Shown: positions 36,929 to 54,059 of the stretch, piece by piece | Layout of the letters: each line of letters starts with the position of its first letter | Numbering within the stretch: the stretch's first letter is position 1 | Assembly: GCF_964204645.1 (NCBI RefSeq) | Contig: NC_134032.1 | Location: 9,474,275-9,538,274 of the forward strand | Length of the DNA: 64,000 bases | Reading direction: 5' to 3' | DNA from: Tubulanus polymorphus | Lineage: Eukaryota; Animalia; Nemertea | Notes under the pieces: generated by a model | Told to the model about the DNA's origin: nothing | Seen by the model: only the letters and a program-made list of their open reading frames with translations | Databases searched by the model: none | Position numbers and translations under genes: made by a program

Positions 36929-37772
36929 CAGTTTCCCTGTATAATAAAAAAAAACAAGGGTGGCAACTAATCGTCAATCTGAAAATGAACTCTCCACTTC
37001 AATCGACTGTAATTCCAAAGATTCTCGATCGATTTATATAAAATCAGCTTTAATACAAACTAGAAGACTTTCTGCTTCCAACGAGCCTATAACCATTACA
37101 ACAAATATCTCACAACGAAATCGGCGTTTATTTACGGAAGATGTACAGATTCTATGGTGGAGAGCAAAAGGCAGTTTTTTCACTTCAAAGAAGGATTATT
37201 ATGCAAGATCTTTGGGATAACCCCAGCAAACCATACATATTTTGAAACCAGACGGTCATACCTTTCCAGCTGTATCATTTATTTGTATATTCCATGCAGT
37301 TACAGAGCTTAGTAGCTCAAAATACGAAAATGAGGCAGGAAACAGCAATTTCAAATCAAAGTCAAATTCAAAATAACTTTATTTGTAATAAATGTTAACA
37401 AACGTATTATAGGATTGAAAAACAATGATGAACATAAAACAATAAAAAAACATTGATGAAGAATTGGTTTGTTTGGGTTATCTCTAAAAATTTCACATAG
37501 AAAATATTGTTTCAATTGAAAAAACTGCCATCTTACCGTCCACCATAGAATCTGTACACCTCCGTAAATAAACGCCGATTTCGTTAAAAGATATTTGTCG
37601 TAGTGATGGTTATAGGCTCGTTGGAAGCAGAAAGTCTTCTAGTTTGTATTAAAGCTGATTTTATATGAATCAATTGAGAATTTTTGGAACTACAGTCGAT
37701 TTGTAGTGGAGAGGTCATTTTCAGATTGACGATTAGTTGCCACCCTTGTTTGTTTATTATACCGGGATACTG
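36929..37772. mobile_element. Foldback/MITE with ~250-bp terminal inverted repeats
   Basis: 36929-37180 (cagtttccctgtataataaa...acaagggtggcaactaatcgtcaatctgaaaatga...) is the reverse complement of 37520-37772. Confidence 0.8.
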
Positions 37773-37809
37773 AGGATCCCTGTATAGGGATATTCACACG
37801 AAACATTAC

Positions 37810-38297
37810 AGGAAACAAGTACCGTTTCGTTGCTCTAATCATAATCTACCGATTGAAACCAGAAGATATGAAAATATCCCCCGAAATGAACGACTTTGTA
37901 CCAAATGTAACCTAGGGCAAATCGGCGACGAATACCATTTTATAATGGAGTGTACTTTTTTCGAAAGTTTAAGAAGTCGGTACATACCGCAACAAATAGT
38001 AACGTTTCCTAATATAAGAAAATTTATGAACCTTTTTACGTCAGAAAACCCAAACGTCCTAAGGAATCTTGCAGTTTTTATAAAAAAGGCACATAGCCTC
38101 ATCTAGCCTCACCTCATCGCTGTTCCTGGTATACACGAACTTTTCAAAATAACTTTTCAATTGTAAATATAACTAGTTATTGTATGACTAGCAACTGTTA
38201 TTGTATAACTACAAACTGTTTATTTTGTATGTATCCTGTGCTCGCAAAAAATGTACAATTTTCTGGAGCAATAAATTTAAATCTAAATCTAAATCTA
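37810..38297 (+). mobile_element. 3' fragment of non-LTR retrotransposon related to the element at 39813-45064
   Basis: FRCSNHNLPIETRRYENIPRNERLCTKCNLGQIGDEYHFIMEC; tail aataaatttaaatctaaatctaaatctaa. Confidence 0.85.
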
Positions 38298-39321
38298 ACT
38301 ATAGTCAGGTAATTTCAATCTTCGAAATAGCTAGAGATCGTTATACTTGAACGAGCTTGGCGACTATCAGGCAAATGTGATATCAATTCGTAATCCTTGT
38401 CATCAACCAAATCTTTCACTGTGTGTAATATGATGATCTGAATATTAACCTGATTCCACACGCCTGATTCAACTTACTTCATGCTCATATATTCTTTGGA
38501 CCCGTCTTCGAAGTCTCTTAACAAACCGTCAATAACTAAGCTACTTGCACGCGTGCCACTATGATTTTTGGTGTGAACCGACTGCTTGAATAAATCAAAT
38601 ACCACGCTACGCATGCAGAAGTCAGAGAGTATCATTGGTAATAACTAGTAAAATGTTAGGATATATTCAAAGAAATAAAATTTAAAAATGGTTTTAACGG
38701 TATTCAGAATGAATTCGAATTGGCTTGATAATCAAACAAATCTTTTACGAAACCATATTCGCGCAGGCGGCAGATGTGCCAGCCCATTAATTTGCATGTA
38801 TGAATATCCTGTCTAACCGGGTTTTTCGCGTGGTGTTATCTAACCGATTATCCCACGGAGGGCTTCACAATCTAGAATGCTCTAAAACTGATGGAATCGT
38901 CATTGACATTAATAATGTATGATTCAGATTTTAAGATTACCACATATATTTCAGAGTATGAGACGGAAACTAATATGTATTGATGACATAGTACACTTGC
39001 TCTCAAAAATTATCACCAAAATGTATCAAAAATATAAATTATGAAATGATTATATTCAAATACAAAATAAACGCTAAAGTTCATAATTGCAATCGATATT
39101 TTGAAACGACAATATTGATGACGTTTTACAAATCGACTTGCATTATGGACCCCCTTAGATAACGCATCAATCTATTAATGATTATTGTTAACGTTTCTTA
39201 CGGCGTGAAAGCGAGGATGCTATCTATTTTCATGAAGCCGAGTTTACGGTGAGCATTAAATTGCGTTCCAAATACTGAGCTGGAATTGGGCTGGGTAGTT
39301 GAATCGTTGTGGTTATTATTG

Positions 39322-39545
39322 TGGAGCGGTGTTGCCGCGTGGTAAGAGTGTTCGGCTCTGGGAAGCCAGGTCGTGGGTTCAAAGCCCGTACATTGCCGTA
39401 GTGTCCTCGGGCAAGGCACTTGCCTTCATTGCCTCTCTCCAAACAGGAGTAAATGGGTACCTGGCCTGATAGATGACTCCTGAGCGCTTGTTAGCCACTC
39501 GGTGTTCCTTCTCCCCAGGGAAAGATGATACATGTTAGAGTAAAT
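39322..39545 (+). mobile_element. tRNA-derived CORE-type SINE followed by (ATC/GTC/ATT)n microsatellite to ~39655
   Basis: A-box-like gccgcgtggtaa, B-box-like gggttcaaagcc, then gtgtcctcgggcaaggcactt...cattgcctc...gtaaatgggtacc resembling the CORE domain. Confidence 0.72.
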
Positions 39546-40146
39546 CATTATCATCATCGTCGTCATCGTCATCGTCGTCGTCATCATTATTATTATTATC
39601 ATTAGTATTAGTATTATTAGTATCATTATTAGTTTTGTTATTATCATATAATATGATTAGGTACACTAAACTATACCAGGTGCGGATCCAGGATTTTTTC
39701 CAGGGGGAGTTCACAAAAAAATGTTAACGTTAAACTGTCACCTTAAGTCTCTAATAATAGGGGGCCTATACGGCATATTGTTTGGCTAAACATAAGAGAG
39801 AGAATATGGTACCAAGGTATATAACTTACGCTGTTTGTATACAAGAACGCACGAGGGAAATCTCTCCAACAAAGTTGACGTTTTAGCTCGTTTAACGGAA
39901 AAATTGTCCTGCTTACTCGTTGGAAATGATAGTATTGATGCTCAGTGAAACGAACATGTAAGAATATACTGCTTCTATCTCATCCGTTAATGCTGTAATT
40001 AGAACTTTAAACTCTCAAAGCCTCCAAATTTGAACTTGGTTATTTCCACACGGCCATATATAAACGCTCAGTACAGAGATTCAACACAATCACTCGTTCC
40101 GCTTGACTGCGTTTACAGCTTGTAACACTGACTATAAACCGCTTAA

Positions 40147-41345
40147 ATGGGGCCTAAACCACGAGGAGTCAATTCGACAGTAAATACTGCACCCAAAAAA
40201 AAGTCACAAAATTCGAAATGTAAATCGGTGGCAACTCCTAAAGATAGTGCTAGTAAGCAGACGGAAACAGAGCAGCCTTCTACTGAGGAAAACCGCAAAA
40301 AAGAGATCGCTCAGAAGGCTCCCTAAATACCTCTGGCGACGCTCCCAATCCATCAAAAAAATGCGCAACAGAGGATCATATGGGCAGTGAGAGCGAATAT
40401 CAAACAGACGCCGAGGATGATGAAATCTCCAACAAAATGCTACTAAATGAGATACGCAAGATGAAAATTACTCTCGAAAGGAAGATCGACTGTAAGTTTA
40501 ATCAGCTCAAACAAGAGATGGAGTTATACAAAACTGAAATCGAAAAAAACATTGATTTCCAAATACAAAATGCGAAAGACGAACTGAGAACCGAACTAAG
40601 AAACGAATTCAGTAGCAAAATATGCGATTTAGAAAAAACAACTACACGTCAGCCGAGTGGTCAAAGATTGCGATTGCTCGAAGACCGTCTAATCGACCAA
40701 GAAGCGAGAGCACGCCGTAGCAACCTTGTTTTTGTAGGAGTGCCAGAATCAGATATGAATTGCGAATTACAAATTCGCGAATCGCTTATAAATTCATTTC
40801 AGATGGATAGAACACAGGTTACAAATATGGTATTCCAGCGAACACATAGGAACCCTACTTACGTGGGCCCAAACACCAAGTTGCCGCGATCTATAACCGT
40901 TAAGTTTAGAGATTATTGCGATCGCACTTCAGTCTATCAAGCGCGGAAAAATGCAATTACAGATACGAAAATCCGAATTTATGAGGATTTTCCACTGGAA
41001 ATACGAGCGAAACGCAAAATTCTCCTCGATAAGCTACGTGAAATCATAGCGAAAGAACCCCACGTGAAAGCATTTGTTACGTATGATAGGTTAGTGTATA
41101 AATCAGATTCATTCAAAGTTATCGATAGCGAAATAGTGAAAGTTACGCGTTGGTCACCAGTGGGTAACGGAAAACCAAACATGAGATCACCACCGACAGG
41201 AGCGAATACGCACAGCCGAAGCCTGGCCGATCAGGCAGTCCGAAACCCCACTATCGCCGCAGAACACCAACCGAAAAACCAACAAAAACCGGTGGACAAT
41301 CCGACACCAACGGCAGAAAACCCGATGGACAGCACAAAAACATAA
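40147..41345 (+). CDS. LINE ORF1 (coiled coil + L1-type RRM/CTD); likely starts at ATG 40147 with a 1-nt frameshift near 40300, open from 40380
   Basis: Coiled-coil heptads followed by RRSNLVFVGVPE, HR...PRSITVKF and IYEDFP...R motifs typical of L1-like ORF1p. Confidence 0.85.
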
Positions 41346-41366
41346 ATGTAAGAGCCTGATGATACG

Positions 41367-44300
41367 ATGCTCACCCTAGATCAACCGTTAAATCCCAAAT
41401 CCCCCAATGCGAATAACAATCTCATCGATCTAAGCGATATAATTTCGAATGCGCGAGCCGCGTTAGAAAACGAATAGGAAACTGTCGAGCGTAACATACA
41501 ATCGTCTGGCCTTCCTAACTTTGATAAGTTGCGGTTATATAGTTTAAACGTCGGTGGATTAAAAACAAAGATAGACTCCTTGGATTTCAACACCTTTTGT
41601 ACACTCGCAGATATTATTGTATTAACAGAAACTAAAATTGATGAAACAGACGAATTATGGGTCAAAGAATATTTTGATACGCTTGGTTTCTATGTGGTAA
41701 TGAACAATAGATTTAAATTAGCTCTGAGAAAATCGGGGGGTATATTAATTGCCATAAGGAAAGATCTTAATAGCTATGTTAAAGTTCTACCAAAAACATC
41801 AAGCCATGTACTTTGGGTTGAACTGAATAAGTCGTACTTAGGTTGGGATAAAAACCTGACCTTGGGAGGTGTATACATACCACCGGTGTCGAGTAGTTAC
41901 GGAAAAACTGAAATGTTTGACCAACTAGATACAGATATGATTAATTTAACGTCAGATAATGATACATTTATTTGTTTATGCGGCGACTTTAATGCATATA
42001 CTAAAGAGTTACCGGATTACGTTGTGCATGATGAAAATTTGATTAATATTCTAGCTATAAATGAGATATTCCATGAATCTGCTAATAGTCTAGCTGTAAT
42101 GATAAATGGTGGTTTTTTAAGCAGAAAAAATAAGGACAAATACGTGAATAACTGGGGTTATCGATTATTAGAGCTGTGTAAAAATCATAATATATTTGTA
42201 GCAAATGGAAGATTAGGAAAAGATCAGGGCGTTGGAGAATTTACTTGTGTAAAGGGCGTAAATCATCATGTTGTGGATTATATTTTAATGTCAGCTGAAC
42301 TTTTCACGAAATGCTCTGATTTTAATGTTATGGACTTTGACCGTATACGGTCCGATGTTCATTGTGCTATTTATTGTACTCTAGCCTCAGATTGTAATAT
42401 TGAAAGGAATGAGTTTCTACCACCCAGAGAGAAGGGCAAAATCCGGTGGTCAAAAGATAAAGAGGGTCTCTTTAGGAATGCTATTGACCAACAGAAATTA
42501 AGTCAGTTAAATCTTGATCTAAACGATAACAAAATAAATTGTGAAACTGCGAATAATATTTTAACGGAGACATTGATTGGAGCTTCCGAACGTACAATGG
42601 GTAGAAAAAAGATTGTTTCAGAAAATAATCGTAAAAAGCCGTTTTTATCTGACCCTGAAGTTTTAAAACACCGAAAATGTTATAGGCGAGCAAGAAAGAG
42701 CTGTAAAAGACACCCAACACCACAACGAAGAACACACATGAATTTGGCTTATAGGAAATACAATTTGGCTATTAAAAAAGCGAAACAAAAATACCTTTTG
42801 GATCAAAATAACCTTTTGAAAAAACTGTCGAAAACCGATCCAAGAGCTTATTGGAAGTTTTTTTCTAAAGCCAAACAAAATGTTTGTAAAGCCTCCCTAT
42901 CTGACCTTTTTCATCATTTTTCAAAACTAAATCAAATACCAACAGACGACGACGATGATAGTAATTATTTTGATGTAAATAACTTTATCGATGTTGACAA
43001 TGACGACGCCCTCAATCGAGTCATTACGGAATCGGAAATTTCTAAATGTATAAAGAAACTTAAGAATAACAAGGCACCTGGATGTGACGAGATACTGAAC
43101 GAATTCCTTAAAACCTCTGAAGATATAATAATGCCCACTTTAGTCAATCTCTTTAATAAGGTCCTGGAAACTGGGATTATCCCTGAGAACTGGACAATTG
43201 GTAAAGTTACACCTATTTTTAAGAACAAAGGCGAGCCACGTGATCCGGACAATTATCGGGGAATCACATTACTGAGTTGTATTAGTAAGTTATTCACAAG
43301 TATATTAAACGATCGTCTCCATGAATTTCTTGAATCAAATGAACTCCTGAATAGAAATCAAGCCGGATTTCGAAAAAATCATAGCATTTTGGATCACATT
43401 TTCACCCTTCACTCAGTAATTGACACCCTTTTTAGTAAGAAGCGAAAGCTCTATTGTATTTTTATTGACTACCAAAAGGCATTTGATACAATATGGCGAA
43501 AGGCACTGTGGCACAAACTTATCTCAACAGGTATCACCGGAAATATCCTAAACGTAATTCATAATATGTATAAACATATCAAATCCATGGTTCACGTGCA
43601 GGGTCAATCCTCAGGTTGTTTTCTTAGTAACATAGGATTGAGACAAGGGGAAAATTTATCGCCAGTGCTTTTTTCTATATTTGTCAATGACCTTTTGCTT
43701 CATTAATTGAAAGTGGTTGTCAAGGGATTTCATCTCCCTTCGAAAACGAAGATCTATGGGTTCAGCTACTAGTTCTGCTGTACGCAGATGATACGATCTT
43801 ATTGGCCGATAGTGCAAGTGCACTTCAGAAAAACCTCGATATGTTGGTCGCTTATTGTAAAAGGTGGAAATTAGTAATCAATATTAGTAAAACTAAAGCC
43901 ATTGTATTCGAAAAAAGGAAGTCTATTAGACAACCCGTATTTAATATCGATGGAGTATTAATCGAAACTGTATCTGAATTTAAATATTTAGGTGTGCTTT
44001 TTAATTATACAGGAAACTTTGCAAAATGTAAAAAGCTGATTTGTGACCACGCAAAGAAGGCGCTTATATTTGTTCTTAAGAAAGTTCAACATTTTTCTCT
44101 TGACTTTGATACTGCTTTCCAAGTCTTTGACGCAATGGTTGGATCGATTTCAACATCTGGTTGTGAGGTGTGGGGCTTTGGAAATTTTGATGTTATTGAA
44201 AAAATTCATTTAACATTTTGTACATATCTGCTAAGCCTCAAGAGGTCAACACCAAATTTGATGATATACGGTGAGACAGGAAGGTTTCCATTTGAAATTC

Positions 44301-44944
44301 GTATCAAAGTTCGTATGGTAAAATTTTGGGGACACTTGATCCTGCATGAAGAGACATACTCTGGTAAAATGTACCGCATTCTTTATAATAGTCATTTAAA
44401 TGGTTCGCAAAGTAAATGGATATCCTGTATCAAATCAATCTTACAGAATTGTGGTCTTGGTAATATATGGTTGGAACAAACTTTTCCGAATATTCCCTAC
44501 CTTGGGGAACTCGTAAAACTTAGATTAGAAGATCAATTTAAACAGACATGGCATGGATCGATGGTACTATCCTCTAAATTAGATACGTATAGAATATTTA
44601 AAACTGATTGGGGACAAGAAAAATATCTTTCATCACCTCCACGAAGTTTAAGAATCTCACTATGTAGATTTAGATGTTCCAACCATAAATTACCAATAGA
44701 GACTGGTAGATATGAAAACAAACCACGGAACGAACGAGTTTGTAATAAATGTAACGAGAATACTATTGGGGACGAATGTCATTTCATACTGAAGTGCGAA
44801 TTTTTCAACGCTTTTAGAATTTTGTATATACCTAACAGATATAGAATTGGCGCAAATCATTATAAATTCAAGCAATTGCTCAGTAATGAAAACCTGTATT
44901 ACAGTCTATCTAAATACATTACGACTGCTACACGGTTGTTATAG
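41367..44944 (+). pseudogene. LINE ORF2: apurinic endonuclease + reverse transcriptase + C-terminal Cys/His motif; TAG at 41475 and 1-nt frameshift at ~43703
   Basis: NVGGL, LTET, GDFNA, VDY, SDVH (APE); KAPGCD, NYRGITLL, QAGFR, FIDYQKAFD, GLRQGENLSP, LLYADD (in the shifted frame at ~43775-43792), FKYLG; SNHKLPIETGRY...CNKC...DECHFILKC. Confidence 0.93.
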
Positions 44945-45204
44945 CTAGGGCTATTAATATGTATAAATTTGCCAGCTTTTATATTTATACTATTCATACT
45001 ATTTTGTTATGCTCGGAAAAATTGTATATCTTTTTTGGAGCAATAAACTAAACTAAACTAAACTTTTGGTACTGTCCATCCGCAATGTCTTGAGTAAATT
45101 CCATCAAGAAAACGATTAAAAAACTTTTTTGATAGCTGAGCGGGGGGGGGGGGGGCACGACCCCTTACACTCGCCCTCTGGATCCGCACCTGCTATACGA
45201 TACT

Positions 45205-45640
45205 AGAAAGTAAGTCTACCACTGAGAGAAGTGCCAAAATCAGTCCTAAATTCCTTGAAAATCTAGAAACCTTCATAGTTACCTGTTGGTCCTCCGAGGA
45301 TTTATTTGGAAGTTGTTCTAGGAAATCAGGGTTGACGACGATTCAGTACCACAAGTTGGTTGCGATACATAAGATTAAATGCAAAATGTCACTTGGTAAT
45401 GTAAAATTACATTCTTTTTGCTTGAGCAATCCGTTTTCGAAGCATTATATTCGCAGCGAATTCTTTTTGTTCAGCAATCGGTTTTGGTGTGAAACTATCG
45501 GGATTTATTATTCTAAGTAGTAAATTGGTTAATTAAATCGGCATTTTAATGATATTGGGATCACTCGATAAGCTTGAATTTCAAATGTTATGACGTAACC
45601 AAATTTTGTATCATTAGGAGTGATATGGCGTTGCCGTATG
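45205..45640 (-). pseudogene. TM1-TM2 remnant and upstream flank of a further SLC18A-like copy
   Basis: gtaagtctaccactgagagaagtgccaaaatca...gttacctgttggtcctccgaggatttattt matches N-half coding sequence; taaattggttaattaaatcggcatt...aagcttgaatttcaaatg matches the upstream flank of copies 3/4. Confidence 0.75.
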
Positions 45641-48600
45641 TACGGAGTAGCGTAGGCCTACGGGCATTGGGAAACATAACGAAATCAGAAGGACGGACGC
45701 CGGGATAGCTTTCAATTTACTTAGAATTTGAGTTTATCTAAAAATAACATTTAAACTGCTTATTTTTGCATGTTCATAATTAATTCGATGGTAACGAAAT
45801 TATCTGTTACGTTTAACTTCTTTAAAAAAAGTGTATCTGATAGGCCTATAAAAGCCTTAACAGTTGTTATCCTGTTGCAGCATGCACACGTAGTTCAGCT
45901 GCCGCACTTATACATGTCAGCCTACTGTTGTTGAAAAGCGGGAAGAATGATATTCTTAAATGAATAGTCAAGTCGAGCAGTGACCGTTCGTTAACATCAA
46001 ATAGCTCAATTTCTACACGGATAAGGAGTTTGGAACGCTCATAGTTCTTTGGATGGTGAACTTTCCAAATATTCTCCTATACTAAGTGCAACTGGGATTG
46101 GACTGTGTCAAATATTCCCCCACAAAGAGTTGAGTGGATCGTGGGGTATGGACTAGTTTGAATATTCCCCTCTATACGGAATTACTGGGAGTTAGGGTCG
46201 TGAACTAACAGTGTGCTAACCAGACTTCTGAACTCCATAGTCCGATCAGTGTGGTCGCATGCACCGACCATTTAGCTGTGGTGGCCAGTCAAGTATGGCG
46301 ATTCTTGGTGAAAACCTTGGTCACTGAGTTATACCCGAGACAACCCGTCACAAAGAAAAAGAAAGTTTAGTGAAGAAAGTGCTAATGCTGGGTGTCGTTG
46401 AAACTGCTTTGTTTTCCCTTATCTACAGGCCTTTCTTGCGACTTCTCACAGCTCCTTCACCCATATAACCGATATCAAATGTTTTTGAATGGACAGAACG
46501 TGCAAAAAATGAGGGCCATTTGCAACACGGAAAAGTCGGCAGTCCGAGTATTCATCCCCGTCAGTCCACCGATTGATGTATACGCAACTTTCTTTCAAAG
46601 GTTATTCCGAAAACGAAACATCTATATTTTGGCTAGGAAAGTCTTTCATCATCACCTTAGTCATCGAAGTGGGCGGTGTTATATGTTGGATGCTGTCTAT
46701 CTTCGCGTATTTAGAAATAAAGAAAAGACACAGTCGAAAGATAAAGAAAAAATACCATCTTTTTTATTCACTCATTTCGTTCACTAATTCGTAAATTATT
46801 GTTCTCATTTCACGTACATGTAGTAATATTTCCACCTATTTTATTGACATTTTTCGGATTTTAAAATAGACCAATCAGCACACGTATATGCACTAATTGA
46901 CCAATCGGAGCACTTCGAGTACGTCCGACAACAATTTCACGTAGTCTTACATGAAGCATATGCCCCAAAACCGCTCAGAAATTTAACAGACAGAAAATGT
47001 GGATCGCAAAAGTAGGCATCATAATGTATTTCGATTGAAGCATGATAACACGTTCATAAATTAAATACTAATTATTCAAAATTTAAGTTAAGCTAATTTG
47101 CATGTCGATTAATACCATCACCGTGCTGATCGGGCAAGGATTTCTACTGAATTATGCATATAACATAAATTACTCAATTAGCGACGCGAGTTCATTACAC
47201 TCACCAGGTTAACCGAGTGAATTCACTTCTCTACGAACATATTATGAGAAAGTGTACTCGATTCATCGAGCGAGTACTCTTTACTCGCAGCGCTTATCGA
47301 ATAAGTTAAAACTCGGATTCACTCGGTCAGCACGATTGATTCGCCTATGAGTAACCATTAATAATTGATAGTAATATATTATCCAATTAGCATTTACGGT
47401 GATATTTTCGATTAGCGCTAATTTAGAGGCGTTAATTAGCGGTGTTCATTAAGCTCTGCAGGAATAAATCATTCCTAAAAATCCAATCACATCCCTTCCT
47501 CATTGAAAGAATTTGACGGAAAAGTCGTCCTCTCTCTCCCACAAATTATAGGTTTTTTTAAAATTATTATTTACGAAATTTTCAATAGTATCAAATAGTC
47601 CCTGAAGATATTTGTACAACACGACGATATTCGTTCAACCCGGAAAATAATACCAAACCACGAATTCATATTAAACCCTACCACCTACTTCGCGTCATCC
47701 TCGCTTGCCAGGGTCTGAATGATGCCCGCCGCCGAGCTGACGCAAACACGATCCCCGGCCGCAGACCCTTGTAATGACAGACCAATGTAGCCAGGGTTTG
47801 TGTTGGTGTGAGGCAATCAAATCCGGCCAAGCGAGGACGACTCCGCGTGAAAATACCACCAGTATTCAGATTTCATTGGGCAGGACACGAAGGGGAAAAT
47901 CATTCCCCGACATTTGGTTCGAATACCGAGTAATAGAAGACTCCGTCCTACACTAATGCAGGAATCGAACTGCTGCCTGCGCCCCTTCAGACACTTTAGC
48001 ACTGTTGTTCCTATTTCTGATCAGCATTCGCGAATGTTCAGCGCTTCATCCGAGACACTTACGACTGGAAAGTGAATGACTGCAAACACCAGACATTTTA
48101 TCAGCACACTTTCAAAAAGCGATCTTCCACACTTCGCATGTGTTCAGAACTTCACCAGAGACATTTTCAAATGGAAATGTACTACAAACATCAGATGTTT
48201 CATCAGCACACTTTCAACAACTGATCGTCCACGCCTCACAGGTGTTCAGCCAGACATTACTTATTTCATCGGCACACTTCACCCGAGACGCTTATAATCG
48301 AAAATGAACTACAGAAACATCAGACGTTTCATCAGCGCAGTTTCAATAACTGATTATCCAGACTTAATGCTACAATATAGCGACTGAAGGCTCCGGGGCT
48401 CAGATCGATACCTGCGACTGGTTCGGCCCCAGCCCCTCTCGGAATATTCATACCAGTACTCATCTATACGAACCCAGCTACTCTCCCTACAAACTGCACA
48501 CACGATCACATATATTCAGTTGCCAATTTATTTAAATCTATATTTACACAAATCTAGCACGCTGCATTATATTCTATCAACCGGGAACTGGTTCCGCAAT

Positions 48601-49132
48601 TGCCGGTGAGTAAATTCGACTCATACAGAGCCATAAAACTTAGGTCAATCTCTCTGTAAGAATGGCTAAGCAGAGTCAAATTAAACACCGACAAGCGCGG
48701 AACTGGGACCTGTTTTTCTAACAACGGCAACTTTCCAGGGGGAATAATTCGAAAAAATGGCGAATTGTCTTCGATGAATATGTTCAATTTTCCTAATCAT
48801 TCAAAAAACTTACATGGTCCCTCGCAAAAGTTTTCACCAGATTGTGGTCAGTTCAGCACCATTTTCTTGTGGGGAGGATTTATTAATCCAAATTTCGAGG
48901 GAAATTCAATTGGACCTCAGTCAATCTTACCTGACTCGGTGACTCTAACCTGACTCTCGAGTCAGATAAAACCAAACTTCTCAAGTGTCGAAAAAATCTT
49001 GGTTCGAGAGCCAAGTTAGAAGCCAACTTCTAATTCAAACTAACCCGAGACTCACGAGAGTCGAAGGAAACCCACTTTGGAAGGAGAGTCAAATTAAATC
49101 TGACTCCCATAGTAAAACTAACCTGACTCCAG

Positions 49133-49269
49133 GGGCTGGTTCGATAGTCGAGACCAAGAGTGGTCTTATATCTTAAGACTCAAGACTTAAAGACTGGTCT
49201 TAAGTTATTAGAATGGCTGGTGAACTAAGATGGTCTCAGAGACTGAAGTCATGACTATGGAACCGGCCC
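49133..49269. mobile_element. Harbinger-type MITE in the AK2 3' region
   Basis: CAG|gggctggttcgatagtc ... gactatggaaccggccc|CAG. Confidence 0.7.
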
Positions 49270-49398
49270 CAGAAAGACGAATTGAACCTAATTTTAGTCG
49301 AACTGACCTAGAGTCGAATTAAACCCATTTTATCGAAAAACTTAAGTTACATCCCCTGCTGGTGGCCGAGTTGTCGACGACGACGGCGTCTTTCTTCT

Positions 49399-53236
<3,838 letters not shown>

Positions 53237-54059
53237 GATCGAATTCGAAATAGAAAATCAGCTCTCACGAAGATTTGTAGGACCGAAAACGTTGGAGGGT
53301 AAGGGTGAAACGTAGTGCGTTACCGGCGACCTTGAATAGCTGCGCGGGGTCGAGCGTACCGGGACGCACCGGGCTTGAGTCAATACTGAAACTTTTACTT
53401 GGAACGACCACATAGATATAGCGACTTCACTGAGACCTTTTGAAGGTAATGACATACACAATATATATCAAAAATTAACAGCCTTCTTACTAGTGAATTA
53501 TTTGGATTCGAAATACAAGTGAATTCTGGTTTTGTATAGACTTGGCCATTTCGTTTTATGAGATTTAAATGTAGGGTTCGCGAAGTGTCCCGGCGCGAAT
53601 TGAATCCATGTAGAAAATGAAAACATTGTATGAAACGCTGATGTGTACTCAATGAGGCCACACTTCAAATATCCCAACTGATTTTGGGTGTAAAATGTCA
53701 AATTCAGCCTAAAATTGATCAAAAGTCTTTATTCAAATCAGTGCTCAAAGTATTCAAAGTCAGCAAAGCTTTGGTTTTTACATACTCAAATTTAGTTTTT
53801 CCGTTTAAGAATATTGATGAATATTCAATTACAAAATTATCAAACCTCATTTTACAAAGATATGGTCATTTTCAAATGATAGTCCCTAGGAAATAATTTG
53901 CAGAAATATTTATAAATTTCGGAGAAAATATCAACTAGTCACATGACCTACAAATTTCAAAATGGCGGACGGGGTGTATCTATAAAAAAGGAAAAGAAAA
54001 CACTGATCAGTATCTATTTTTTGAATGTTTGGCCGTGATTGGAGCGGGTCAGGGTAAAG
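53237..54059. promoter_or_regulatory. Probable bidirectional promoter shared by AK2 and SNX17
   Basis: Divergent ATGs only 823 bp apart; YY1-like aaaatggcgg at ~53959-53968. Confidence 0.6.

Larger units (their letters stand above)
39813..45064 (+). mobile_element. Near full-length non-LTR retrotransposon (APE-RT; RTE-X/CR1-like), 5' boundary approximate
   Basis: ORF1 + ORF2 + aataaa(ctaaa)n tail; candidate TSD tggtac at 39807-39812 and 45067-45072. Confidence 0.92.
39677..45192. mobile_element. Short TIR DNA element (hAT-like MITE) interrupted by a LINE
   Basis: Perfect 15-bp TIR caggtgcggatccag (39677-39691) / ctggatccgcacctg (45178-45192) with a 6-bp TSD ctatac (39671-39676, 45193-45198). 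Confidence 0.85.

Noticed and set aside
39322-39395. tRNA-like sequence
   Set aside because: No proper acceptor stem; it continues into a CORE-like body and simple-repeat tail, so it is a SINE head.
47705-47770. GC-rich hairpin agggtctg...cagaccct with atgatg and ctga (possible C/D snoRNA or ribozyme)
   Set aside because: Box C is imperfect and there is no terminal box D next to the stem; not supportable without a covariance search.
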